Of a stretch of DNA of 64,000 bases, positions 50,401 to 56,827 are shown piece by piece. Numbering within the stretch: the stretch's first letter is position 1; each line of letters starts with the position of its first letter. The translations under genes were made by a program, and so were the position numbers. The notes below the pieces were generated by a model, which was given only the letters and a program-made list of their open reading frames with translations, searched no databases and was not told where the DNA came from. Source of the stretch: a virus; the IMG/VR virus record IMGVR_UViG_3300002092_000025; one strand, given 5' to 3'.

Positions 50401-51131
50401 CTAAGATTGAAGTAGAGGATGGCTCTGTATTAGAAAATCCGGGCGGGTTATATACTAGCGGTGCTAGATCTAATGTTCCTGGAGTAATAGAAATTGCGGG
50501 TGAGCGTATTGAATATTTTATTAAAGAAGGTAATATTTTGAGACAACTTCGTCGTTGTACTCTAGGAACCGGAATGAATAATATGGTTAATGCTGGCACC
50601 AAGGTTGTAGAATTAGGACAGAAGAATACCATTCCTTACTCAGATATCGATGTTAAGAAAAATCATTTTGGGGATGGAGTAGCAAATGCAGATGGCGTGG
50701 TTATTGGTACCCAAATATTTGATCTTGATTTTGTTCCAACAGCTAGATATTTGAAAACAGATACAGACAAAACACCAATTCCGTTTATACATGTGGGAGA
50801 TATTCCATCTGGATATTATCCATGTGATCAGATAGAAGTGTTTGTTGCGGGACGCCGTTTATGTAAAGATCCGATAAAAGTATATGACCCATCACAAGGG
50901 CAGGATAGTTATAATGATGAGAATTATGTATGGTTAGATGCTGAATTTAGTGTTAATGGAACTAGTAAATCAGTTAGATTAACAAAAGCTCCCAGTGCGG
51001 GGCAGCTAATTGTGATCATCTATAAACAAGGCAAGATATGGCAGAAATATAATGAAGGGGTGTCTTTAAGATTTAGTGATACTGATATTGCGAGATTCGT
51101 AACAGCTCGATCAGTTGATTTACCTAAATAA
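35454..51131 (+). CDS. Giant (5225-aa) multidomain baseplate/virion protein
   Basis: One uninterrupted ORF directly after gp6, in the position of wedge gp7. It contains CBM-like modules, FG-GAP-like repeats (~42100-43900), a YHYH domain and many GDG..F/Y-type repeats. Confidence 0.85.
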   Translation: MAKNDQNEFPLLVGLDNQKTRQTARHLPTFFRTDQNKKFLGGTFDPLVQPGKLSRINAYIGRKDIPNYLFDDNYVEENSTPRQYYQLEPSYSYQDPVTKEVDWYADYLDYINGINYFGAPVANHSRLNKQEAYTWNPNIDWDKFVNYREYYWIPNGPDPIKITGEMESISSTYTVKIQQQGDNSTYIFSPSIFPPGLTSNPRLTLYRGVKYTFVIDGPGKSFCIKTQIVGGDAYTYNIGVSQQKISSGTLTFEVPFEAPNLLYYIDSNDINTVGMIDIKDLSSSLYLDVEAEILGKKNYITSSGIDLINGLKLKFSGNIKPEKYANGFWYVEGVGTKIKLINYEELETPAIYGSTIELPFDNEPFDSLPWDTASNYPLEKDYITISRASTDRNTWSRNNRWFSRSVLETTATANGQVAIIDQSQRALRPIIEFFPNIKLYQHGWIYKSDVDFIDTFTTDVFSTIEGKIGYKIDGDNSILPGYRILFTADSDPLVKGKIFEVKQITNNNLNQKQLTLQPTADSDPIEGEIVYVTKGDKNSGCSYYYQNGIWNLAQKKSAVNQEPLFDLFDEDKISFSDTTIYTHTTFPGNRIFGYKKGTGTSDTELGFPISHLNINNVGDIQFEFDLETKTWSYQSPDAVTLIDSVININSYTGFLRRYNDDATFTYLNGWVRTARDTEQNVVRVLRVGGSTDLISIDVFDNSASLTDLRIKVYVNDTKVEPANLSLETIGNTAYIRFSYMLMADDKVVYKVRSSASKNLKGYYEIPSNWQNNPFNDSVSTFTFGEATDHLKSIIEDVPGFSGAFPGNSNLPNIGLLSPYGKRFLQHSGSMPLASFLLRDEHANVVRALRWTATRYSEFKKEFLRLAQTNAYEGSITEIVDQILLDYSKAKYIDTSPFHFSDMAPYGAASIRNYVVNDPRLPMFVIDSIFDPMTITKRSVLVYLNDVQLVYNRDYNFDIADAFVNIKVSLSVGDTIIIKDYASTDGCYIPFTPSALGIYPSFIPEKYIDDTYVTTIPVIQGHDGSIIAAYNDYRDDLILDLETRIFNTRRVEYDISMFNIHSVIGTYYFRTDYTKTEIDDIMLTDFLSWNSIIDQDFTSNNSYIEEQSFTYNYGRATAPNTTEQLTGYWRSVYRYFYDTDRPHTHPWEMQGFSIKPDWWDSAYGLPPYTSDNKILWDSIENGIIRDPSGRRTIVRYKRIGLRNYLPVDSAGNLLSPLDSNLVTNFSLVNGKGTYVFGDQAPAENAWRRSSEYPFSVSVVMCLLRGSEFIGKMWDRFRIKRNLANQVYYTPTGKRLRTADLVFSDAAIDNSNDPNALRTYTSGLANIVEEYVFIQKYINIDTYKTYLSGLTAKLSYKIGGYTSKEKIKVLLDSRSPTSSSGNIFLPDENYQIFYNKSFPVSTISYSGVLIERLGSTYPDWLLSKRYRKGDRVIYQKDIYRCTTAHSSDKIIINYEELTIDYDPQLPGDLSTQRFNKNINYWAKENTNVAGYKIKGYDNSKNYFEIYPPRISNADPTFNVGGISETYVIWTGNTSNSIPIVSGDPTINAASSIHYAKGQVAKVGDIYYRALVGHTASTTFANDIAKWQVLGGLPIVGGRTASRRTNFEDTVLRIPYGIIFTEYQTVVDFLLGYQKRLETLGFVFDDYDTTLGLPLDWLTSSKEFIFWTLQNWSAGAVITLSPSANMLKFVSTMSASIDGFVSDFHDYSIFKADGSQLKADLTDVYREDNGFTIKPSVETNDGIFHIRTNLVYREHVLLLDNVSIFNDILYDVVPGYRQGRVKLLGFKTSDWDGGFTSPGFVYDEAKVSEWKPDTDYGIGDVVRYKNYYFTAASRINANSSFAYEDWTKLAKKPKAGLIPNFDYKIEQFRDFYSLDASIYDSNQQALARHLIGYQPRSYLNNIIVDDVSQYKFYQGFIKEKGTYNSVSKLFDALRASGFSTVDIKEEWAFKLGDYGAVDGISEIEFPLDEHAFRYNPQDIILTSNPQEFDDLSIYNVTSRMLTIKPSSYDSNPFKLVKLDSEQSNFGVFKYRVAGYVRDEDVDHILFNEAALMNYDINYFRENDKIWLGYTSNNDWDVLNYINLKITITNWSVQGNIVSLECSRIPDVAKNDIITISNLDTIDGTYKVQKVYNNIIEVFTFNSTLFHLQDDSTHGLLYKMQSVRFKDLSGVAIKNYNKPNIKGEKIWVDSDSNKRWMVLENEDVFTKYSLPTTVTNKVDYERYGSTIKISGDQKWMFVAATNLVNKNSSGEVLVSGLVFIYSRHSILEDWSLFQSISMPTGYLTVLTGSEKFGTSIDASDDGKLVVVGVPFASNLRTYFKGDYSSITSYNAGDIVKYNSKLWKCLQTTMGRITNSAYWQQTILQGVNYSTAPSSSLNNQGVVTVFRYNPSTSAFEIETVISSSDPTANENFGSKVRIKSDGINSWLVVGGKGYNSGAGRVQIFKNNRQIIKATNTNFEGNFITVDSTANLYVGMPVVFTDNQFGSLSLYTTYYIYSIDSIKNIITITASVGGSQYVLTNGSGVATMTAGGWTYSTQTFLDLTLPAGSQFGYDLDMSDDLKTIVASAPAYNEGAAYVFQYQKSSDSWIQSEVINATTIVSKSNSSYNLVGTNSYLSAADQFGYAVLLTNDTLLISCPNDDVGNTDLGSVYHFDILDGFYRLKNIILPPTTLTTYKGAQTERFGLRLSLNTTAKVLAVSSAGGNFIGLTFDVHVDRLVFTDAELRNYELDPVSKLTTYPTTFDADSTAFYDLTSFTGAVYVYNDFENNFIYGDKLVPDDTLVEDDEFGAAIAVAENYIAVGTPNHSVNGHPYGNVYMFDFTSPSWKTIASQDSVVDVDKFKKAFIYNTATNTLVQDLEFYDPAKGMISKVAEQEINYQTYHDPAVYQYGLHDSGMIIDQSNPWTDEHVGKTWWDLSRFKYTWYEQGDATYRTNNWGRLFTGSTINVYEWVETTYLPSRWAILADTTDGLAQGISGIPREIDDFTYSTKFKYDPISGTNTTMYYYWVKDKTTLPNVPNRNLSCADLARLIFDPKSQGKSYISITGQNSMSLTNVNNKLIHSDISLNMEFHAIDNKDLAIHRQYALIAANDAKSIIPHVLEQKWFDSLIGYNSLGYRVPDPNVSQKQKYGTLNSPRQSWFVNRYEALKQLFEYVNTVLAANQIIDDFSLTNLKLADTVPNLTSGLIDQQIDILDELRFIGVTRLQTALLSVRVENGSIVNVNIDDRGFGYGTNKVYNANWWYGPTVSISGTGEDAIIQTYVDKFGRVAGTDIVRKGTNYDQSTTLISVRPFTVLVLNDAEASNGWSLQQWDTSKLKWFRIKTQAYDVTRYWSYKDWYTSGYSINSDINYQVDGTYELGALSADIGQIVKVRDAGYGNWLLLERIAETNGPDYTIDYKVIGKQNATIAFSTALYNLNRDIGYDTNFGYSSNLYDQNPTTELRIILQALRDDILVDNLRIEYVNIFFNSVYYVLSEQLYADWVFKTSFLKVNHNVGTLRQRITFQSDVLESYQHFLEEAKPYKTKIREWVSSYERLQQSGNVITDFDLPSHYDNAIGAIETVNTNSTNITVYPWKNWLDNHTYQVINIAIADVGKNYYTAPKVIISGGFADTNSNQTTVISSIDMTASATYVQLARTSGVTTSSPMSINIPGVYSIWTFSQGNLILSAAGLPYHGFGNPAAVNIARAQDYKLTLPLRAGTDDPSTSAYTVNPGAAGFWLNGVAVFNPSAANGAPKGFDLPPAGFNYNAAFEAGQELGYSFGEDLAGGHAQENGVYHYHDFSFAEAWRYGKGAATGSNTALGVSEVSVIPYLNGTLTHPNGHSKILGWAIDGYPIYGPYGYTNAISSTSKIKRMKTGYRLKDTSYRLGTGASNLYTYPMGIFVQDYEFAEIGDLDTHNGRYCVTPDYPNGTYAYFVTIDVETDENGLYVSEAPVYPYVIGTTFYATPLQQGVNIVPGKGIAPVAFSVMSTDNVAATQKEINATATAYIADGKLYKIVIDDPGIGYITAPMVHISGGTADVANDGAKAYAIIGNGKTKSTTVGIKFDRYTFSYEASDFRQTDLFTGDNKTNIFKLSYAPEIEKNKINISIDGIEIFGAQYTVSLNKVLHDTYTALEGTITFTDIPADNSNIQITYDKNISLYSAADRINYAYNKTTGQLGKNLGQLMTGIDYGGVSLTSIDFDVSGGWDVLPWDAASWDNVLDTNNDVVIISDGTTRSFDLGYIPEDGEVINVYIERKETTITKITRALTVGMLVIPVESLEGIKVGDSITIPSITYSGIVMAVNIDISTKTVVISNLIPHVVSLNSDIRFTRTTTVRIDDPYYSVYDDITEQPNGRKTAPDNAQMDSFVGDGSTSVITIPHTVDLYGDMTPNTTYDTLIFRKSTSDGSLLPTDRSLMDSFVIGGDLAYQTAKGIAADEITIDGDGFVTTDTSHGPEELIQGQVIDTLDLNVYHAPSAGGPNVVVQHFEGDGSTKTYTLDQIPGTADGLTVVVNGMFVESTINFIGRTVTLNQTPADGSKVSIMSIDTAGYDILDKAEFVGDGSTKEFLMAARFANGDVTVFATVDGIVNPVNIKASNNTYKIVNDVIVLFDIAPAINSVIQIMVFSAKPYVVEQKFSEVTSQYITVVSDVKTYTLNNPPKINGPISSSVFVVAFSYLKSSIYKIARDSNVATVTTTSSHGLTVGTVVNITGIDYYSDSTLDGFNATEAVIQSVPSLTTFTYNNVGDDKSESTVDGIVVTNEQFGEFLRAPECQNFVYDGVHKSIAISEIKYSFGSLIRADINVYNNGALLIAGRDYQLDTSTNLITLTGGNKDDEIIVEIVKNNDFIIQDNTIVFSPSYKIDSINQIKVTTFTNHNILKVKRSSKIFRFTTGYDLLTYDTTRYSTFTSAINTSGVLDLPRSISSNSGLFVAFNRKLLTLDIDYTVLDNRNQIKVILPDILGSNDYIDIITMNDVTVRPSYGFKIFKDMINRPHYKVLDKRKTTILAKPLRYFDTKIEVEDGSVLENPGGLYTSGARSNVPGVIEIAGERIEYFIKEGNILRQLRRCTLGTGMNNMVNAGTKVVELGQKNTIPYSDIDVKKNHFGDGVANADGVVIGTQIFDLDFVPTARYLKTDTDKTPIPFIHVGDIPSGYYPCDQIEVFVAGRRLCKDPIKVYDPSQGQDSYNDENYVWLDAEFSVNGTSKSVRLTKAPSAGQLIVIIYKQGKIWQKYNEGVSLRFSDTDIARFVTARSVDLPK

Positions 51132-51134
51132 ATA
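51128..51134 (+). promoter_or_regulatory. Late promoter motif ATAAATA
   Basis: Overlaps the stop codon of the giant gene. Confidence 0.6.
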
Positions 51135-51140
51135 AAGCGA

Positions 51141-51824
51141 GTGATTGATATGGAAAAAGAAGAAATTAAAACACCTAGAGAAACCAAAGATCAGGATACA
51201 GAAATGAATACAACCCCAGACGAAAAAGGTCCTTTCCACATAGAAGGACATATAAAGATCTTCGATCCAGAATCTGGAGATGTTTACATTAACAAACGTA
51301 ATGCGATCCATTATGAGAATATGAGCGTTGCTCTTGCTGAAAGTCTCGCTAATGCGGGACAAGGTGCTATCTACATGATGGCGTTCGGTAACGGCGGAAC
51401 CAATGTTGATCCTACTGGAATTATAACTTATCTAACACCAAACAGCGTAGGTACAAATAGTACCCTTTATAATCAAACATATCAAAAAGTAGTAGATGAT
51501 CAGAGTGTTGCTAATACTGATCCTACTAGAAATAAATTAGAAACTCGCCATGTGATCGGAACTACTTACACAGATATAGTAGTATCTTGTTTATTAGATT
51601 ACGGCGAACCAGCAGCACAACAGGCATTTGATAATGCTAATGATATAAACAATTTATATACTTTTGATGAATTAGGACTTAAGAGCTATGATCCTAGTAA
51701 TAGTACAGGTGAAGGAAAGTTGTTAACACACGTCATCTTCCATCCAGTTCAAAAGAGTTTAAACAGACTTATACAGATAGATTATACTATACGTATACAG
51801 AGCTTGTCGGGGTATAACGGATAA
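51141..51824 (+). CDS. Conserved-looking virion structural protein (baseplate region)
   Basis: EGHIKIFDPESG..INKRNAIHYENMS, MAFGNGG, FDELGL, LLTHVIFHPVQKSLNRLIQIDYTIRIQ. The true start may be at 51150. Confidence 0.65.
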   Translation: MIDMEKEEIKTPRETKDQDTEMNTTPDEKGPFHIEGHIKIFDPESGDVYINKRNAIHYENMSVALAESLANAGQGAIYMMAFGNGGTNVDPTGIITYLTPNSVGTNSTLYNQTYQKVVDDQSVANTDPTRNKLETRHVIGTTYTDIVVSCLLDYGEPAAQQAFDNANDINNLYTFDELGLKSYDPSNSTGEGKLLTHVIFHPVQKSLNRLIQIDYTIRIQSLSGYNG

Positions 51825-53944
51825 TGCCATACACTATTAATCACTCAGATGAAACTAAAAATCCTATATTAGTTAATGATAACACCATTAACAGTTCAGA
51901 CACTAGTCTAAAATTTCCGGGAAGGAATGAAAAAGGGTATGGTGTTGCTATAGCAGAAAATTTCTTAAATTTATTAGAAAATTTTGCTAGCCCAACCGAA
52001 CCGGACAATGCTATAGAAGGGCAGTTGTGGTATGATACTAGTGTTCCTAGTTCGAAAATTTTAAGGATTTATAGTGGTTCAGTAACAGGCTGGAAAACAA
52101 CTGGTATTAATCGAGGGGGAACGTCGGTTAGAAACAATACTTCCGGCGCATTAGGTGATTTGTTTGTCGATACTGATACTAATCAATTATTTCTATGGTC
52201 GGGGACGTGGCAGTTAATCAGCGGTACTTCTAGTTCAGGAGTTAAAACCGGAACTGTTCCAGATTTTATCGTAGATACTACCGATGCTAAACAGCCAGTA
52301 CTTTTAAATTATATAAACGATGTTATTGTTAGTATATACAGTATAGGTGATACACAGAATACTAATAAACAATTACAACCTTTTAAACCTAAAATTGACA
52401 TAGTTGGATTTACTAATAGATTCATTTATCCTGGACTTAATCTAAGACAAGATGCTGTTGGTAATAATTTTAAATTATGGGGAGTAGCCGAAAAAGCAGA
52501 AAATCTATATAATGCTGTTAGTAATGAAACTATCTTAGCATCTTCTATAGTTCGTAGCGATAAATTTAATACACTGACACAACCTTTAACTATAAAAAAC
52601 GAAACAGGGTTAAATGTTGGAAGTAATGGAGAATTACAATTAAAGGTTGTTCCCGGTACTGGCCCCGGAACTGGTGTTTTATATCACAGTTCTTCTAGCT
52701 CTGGTATGGAACTTAGGATTAATGATAGTACTAGTGATATTGCAAATCCTAGGACATTAATCAGATTAGATTCAACTACTACAAATGTTGGGATTGATAA
52801 TATTAACCCTTTAAGAAAATTAGATGTTAACGGAAGTGGTCGATTTACATCTACATTAGAAGTTAATAGTACCAATGATGCAACAATATCGGCTGGATCT
52901 GCAGTTACAATTGATAGTACTGATACGGGATCAATCTTATCAAAAGGTGGAATGACTCTTAAAAAGAGTCTGCGTGTGGGCAATAATATAGCAGTTGATG
53001 GTTATATACAATTAAATGCACCGGGTGGTACAGCAGCTATAATACCTAATATTCCTAGTTTAAACGTTAGTACCGGAGTTGATATCGGAAGTAGTTCTGC
53101 TAAATTTAAAAAGATTTGGGCCACTACATTTGAAGGTAATTTTAATGGAACATTAACCGGTACATATCACGGAAATGCCGATACTGCTTCGCAATTAACC
53201 AACACTGTTCGTTTTAAAATATCAGGTGAAGTCGAAGATAATACTGGAATCGATTTCAACGGTACCGGTTCTACAAAAACCTTTAGCACTAAAATATCAC
53301 CAGATTTTATAACTAAAAAAGATTTAATATCAACAACAGATAATTCAGATACATTTGTAATATATCGTAACGCTGATTCTAAGATGTATAAGACTACTAA
53401 AGCAACTATGGTATCAGATCTAGCACTTATTCCGATCGGAACAGTATTACCTTATGCTGGGACTGAGGCTCCTACTAATTTCTTATTCTGCGACGGAAGC
53501 GAAGTATTACAAGGAAAATATGCATTATTATTTGCTGTTATAGATTTTAACTATGGACCAAAAAGTCAGTTAAAAGGATTTGAAACATTTAGATTACCGG
53601 ACTTTAGGGCCCGCATGCCTTTGGGGCGTAATGGGATGGACAACGGAAATGACGTAGTACCTTCTAAAGCAAACATAAATGAAACAGTAAGTGCCGGTGG
53701 TGGTAAGATAACTGACCCTACTCGTGTTAACGATGGCAATATTGTTGCACTTGGGTATGTTGGCGGGTCTGATACTGTAACAATAGCACAAGATCAAATA
53801 CCGGTTGATGTTAGTTCAACTGCTGGTTCAGCGGCATATATCGCTTCTTCGGCTACTTCTGGAACTAAAACAGTTAATACTATAAGTGTTGTTAATCCAT
53901 ACCAGACTATCAATTATATAATTTACACAGGAAAACCGAATTAA
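51824..53944 (+). CDS. Short tail fibre-like protein with a tail collar domain
   Basis: IPIGTVLPYAGTEAPTNFLFCDGS...YALLFAVI...YG...FRLPDFRARMPLG and terminal NPYQTINYII match the collar domain. The N-terminal domain is shared with the next two genes. Confidence 0.85.
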   Translation: MPYTINHSDETKNPILVNDNTINSSDTSLKFPGRNEKGYGVAIAENFLNLLENFASPTEPDNAIEGQLWYDTSVPSSKILRIYSGSVTGWKTTGINRGGTSVRNNTSGALGDLFVDTDTNQLFLWSGTWQLISGTSSSGVKTGTVPDFIVDTTDAKQPVLLNYINDVIVSIYSIGDTQNTNKQLQPFKPKIDIVGFTNRFIYPGLNLRQDAVGNNFKLWGVAEKAENLYNAVSNETILASSIVRSDKFNTLTQPLTIKNETGLNVGSNGELQLKVVPGTGPGTGVLYHSSSSSGMELRINDSTSDIANPRTLIRLDSTTTNVGIDNINPLRKLDVNGSGRFTSTLEVNSTNDATISAGSAVTIDSTDTGSILSKGGMTLKKSLRVGNNIAVDGYIQLNAPGGTAAIIPNIPSLNVSTGVDIGSSSAKFKKIWATTFEGNFNGTLTGTYHGNADTASQLTNTVRFKISGEVEDNTGIDFNGTGSTKTFSTKISPDFITKKDLISTTDNSDTFVIYRNADSKMYKTTKATMVSDLALIPIGTVLPYAGTEAPTNFLFCDGSEVLQGKYALLFAVIDFNYGPKSQLKGFETFRLPDFRARMPLGRNGMDNGNDVVPSKANINETVSAGGGKITDPTRVNDGNIVALGYVGGSDTVTIAQDQIPVDVSSTAGSAAYIASSATSGTKTVNTISVVNPYQTINYIIYTGKPN

Positions 53945-55062
53945 TGTCTTATGATATATTTAAAACAGATGGAAATAAATTAACAACATTATCGGATGGC
54001 AACGTCGATACTGTCAAAACTGATTTAACGTTAGTTGGAAAAAACTACAGTGGATTTGGGCAATATATAAACGAAAATTTTGTAAAATTATTGGAAAATT
54101 TTGCGACTAGCGGAGCTCAACCCACTAATCCCTTAGAAGGGCAACTATGGTATGATAAGAGCCAGGGTAGATTAAAAGTATATACTATTAATGGATGGAA
54201 AGGTGCTAACGGTACACTAGTTGAGGCAAGTGAACCAAAACTTCGTTCAACTGGCGATATTTGGATTAATAGTTCTGAAAAGCGTATGTATTTTTATGTC
54301 GGAAACGACAAGTATCCAGCATCTAAGATATGGAATGACAGCCAATATAAGAGTGGGTTAGATGTAGTTAGTACTGTTGATACAAATGGAAATTCTGTAG
54401 ATGTTTTAGAACTTTGGATATCAGATACTATGCTTGGTATATTTTCACCAAAAGCATTTAAAGTAGGGCTTGACACTGCTGGAAATTCTAATATACCTGG
54501 ATATACAACAATATCAGCTGGATTTACGACAAATCCTAGTTTGTTAAACGATCCTAATTTGAATTTTATTTTTGATACTATTGTTAGAACAGCGAAAAAA
54601 CTTTTGAGCTTGGACGGTATTACATCTTATACAGCAGACGATTTCCTAAAAAGATCATCTACCCAGGGTGATCAAACTCTTGGAAAAATAACAATTAAAA
54701 ACGACAACGGATTAACGGTTGGTAATAATCAATATGCTAATTTTAAGATAGATGGCGTTGATTTGAGGATTGAGAATGTCGCACCGGATGGCAATATATA
54801 TCTAACAACTAGCCATTCTAGTCAAACTTATACTTCTTTAAAGATTGATGCAACTACGCAACGGGTGGGAATAGTTACTTCAAATCCCACTAGGACGTTA
54901 GATGTTAATGGAGATATGAAAGTTAGCGGCCCATTGCGGATGGCTAATTTGTCAACTACAGCTATTGGAAATTTAAGTGCTCAACTGGGTGATGTTGTTT
55001 ATAACACAACCACTAATAAATTCCAAGGTTATACTAATACAGGGTGGGTTGATCTTAATTGA
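53944..55062 (+). CDS. Fibre/baseplate protein, paralogue of its neighbours
   Basis: ENFVKLLENFA...PTNPLEGQLWYD N-terminal domain; C-terminal GDVVYNTTTNKFQGY...GWVDLN. Confidence 0.7.
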   Translation: MSYDIFKTDGNKLTTLSDGNVDTVKTDLTLVGKNYSGFGQYINENFVKLLENFATSGAQPTNPLEGQLWYDKSQGRLKVYTINGWKGANGTLVEASEPKLRSTGDIWINSSEKRMYFYVGNDKYPASKIWNDSQYKSGLDVVSTVDTNGNSVDVLELWISDTMLGIFSPKAFKVGLDTAGNSNIPGYTTISAGFTTNPSLLNDPNLNFIFDTIVRTAKKLLSLDGITSYTADDFLKRSSTQGDQTLGKITIKNDNGLTVGNNQYANFKIDGVDLRIENVAPDGNIYLTTSHSSQTYTSLKIDATTQRVGIVTSNPTRTLDVNGDMKVSGPLRMANLSTTAIGNLSAQLGDVVYNTTTNKFQGYTNTGWVDLN

Positions 55063-55075
55063 GTTCCTGTATTTG

Positions 55076-55082
55076 ATAAATA
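55076..55082 (+). promoter_or_regulatory. Late promoter motif ATAAATA
   Basis: 30 nt upstream of 55113; TAGGAG Shine-Dalgarno. Confidence 0.65.
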
Positions 55083-55112
55083 TCTTAATAATACGACTTA
55101 GGAGTCATTATA

Positions 55113-56780
55113 ATGACATATACAATTAACCGTTTTGATAGCACAAAATTAGTAGATGTGGAAGATGGTACAACTAATAATGCCTATACCCCCATTACGC
55201 TCATTGGTAGGAATGTTGCAAGTTATGGTGAAATTCAAAACGAAAATTTTCTCTATCTGTTAGAAAATTTTGCTAGTAGTTCACAACCCACAAAAAAATT
55301 AAGTGGGATGATTTGGTATGATAGTGGGGTTAAAAAATTAAAATTCTGGGACGGAAGTTATTTTAGGACTACTGGGGGTGCTGAAGTTAGCAGTACGCAA
55401 CCTTCTGCGTCTTCTCCACCTATTGTTCAGCAACAGGGCGACTTTTGGTACAATACTTCTTCTAAACAATTATACGTTTATGATCCTAATTTTACAAATA
55501 ATAGTGGTTATGTACTAGTTGGACCACAGGGAGTTGTGGGTGCTGCACAGACTAATTTAGAGAGTGTTAGTTTAACTGATACAAACAATAATAAACATCC
55601 AGTCGTTAAAGCGACTGCAAATGGAAATGTTGTTTTTGTTATTAGCTCAGACAATGCTTTCCAAATAGATTCTGCTGTCAATAGTATTTCGGGTTTTACT
55701 CATATCTATCCAGGTATAACACTGATCAATAGTGATTCGGGGTCAACAAATACTTCTTATAGATTCTATGGTACTGCAACAGATTCAGATAAATTGGGTG
55801 GTGCATCTAGTAGTGCATATATGTTAAAGAATAATCCAGACTTTTCAACAGCAGGTATTTCGGGGAAATTTCCTGATGTAGGATTTGCTGTAGGAACCAA
55901 CGGTGAGATAAAAGTATTTATGGATACCGTCGCTAATACAGATGATCCAAGATATACTGCCAATCCGAGTGCATATCCGACAGGAAGATTAGCCACTATT
56001 GCAAACACATATTCAAATAGTTTATTTTTTAGAACCACTGATGGGATTTATACTAGAACTCCGTTGATTCTTAAAAACCAACAAGTAACTCCAGGTGCTG
56101 ATCAAACTTATGATCTTGGAACAGCAGGGTTAAGATGGAATACTATATATGGTGTAAATATATATGCAGATAATTTTCATGGAACTATAACCGGAACTGT
56201 ATCGGGTATAGCTGATAGTTCAAAAAAACTATTGGTAGATTCGGGAGTATCAGATCCAGCATGGTCGTCTGGTACAGTAGCAACACATTATAGATCTGCT
56301 ACTACTACAACTAAGCCAGGATATAGTGTTGTTGCTAGAGACGCGAATGGCGATCTATGGGGGAATGTATATCACGGTACAGCAACAGCGGCCCAATATG
56401 CTGACTTAGCAGAACGTTACGAAGCAGATAGATTTTACGAACCAGGTACTGTTTTAATATTTGGCGGTGATAAGGAAGTTACTACTACTTCAACTATATC
56501 GGATACTAGGGTAGCAGGCGTAGTTTCAACTGCTCCGGCTTATTTAATGAATTCTGAAGCCGGCGATGATGTTAGTTTCCCTGCAGTTGCATTACGAGGG
56601 AAAATCCCTGTTAAAGTATCGGGTGTTGTTAAAAAAGGTGATGTTTTAGTTTCATCGTTTATTCCAGGATATGCAGAAGTTGCTGCTAATCAATTAACTG
56701 TTCCGGCTGCTGCTATAATTGGAAAAAGTTTAGAAAACAAAGATGATCCAGGTACTGGTGTCATAATGATGGTGGTATAA
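55113..56780 (+). CDS. Fibre protein with a C-terminal intramolecular-chaperone/peptidase G2-like domain
   Basis: Shared ENF..LLENFA N-terminus; C-terminal YADLAERY...GTV..GG...GVVSTAPAYLMN...VALRGKIPVKV.G.VKKGD.LV...G.A...IIGKSLE. Confidence 0.7.
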   Translation: MTYTINRFDSTKLVDVEDGTTNNAYTPITLIGRNVASYGEIQNENFLYLLENFASSSQPTKKLSGMIWYDSGVKKLKFWDGSYFRTTGGAEVSSTQPSASSPPIVQQQGDFWYNTSSKQLYVYDPNFTNNSGYVLVGPQGVVGAAQTNLESVSLTDTNNNKHPVVKATANGNVVFVISSDNAFQIDSAVNSISGFTHIYPGITLINSDSGSTNTSYRFYGTATDSDKLGGASSSAYMLKNNPDFSTAGISGKFPDVGFAVGTNGEIKVFMDTVANTDDPRYTANPSAYPTGRLATIANTYSNSLFFRTTDGIYTRTPLILKNQQVTPGADQTYDLGTAGLRWNTIYGVNIYADNFHGTITGTVSGIADSSKKLLVDSGVSDPAWSSGTVATHYRSATTTTKPGYSVVARDANGDLWGNVYHGTATAAQYADLAERYEADRFYEPGTVLIFGGDKEVTTTSTISDTRVAGVVSTAPAYLMNSEAGDDVSFPAVALRGKIPVKVSGVVKKGDVLVSSFIPGYAEVAANQLTVPAAAIIGKSLENKDDPGTGVIMMVV

Positions 56781-56827
56781 GATCGATAATGATAAATTAT
56801 TTTATAGTATTAGGAGCGTAAATTAAA

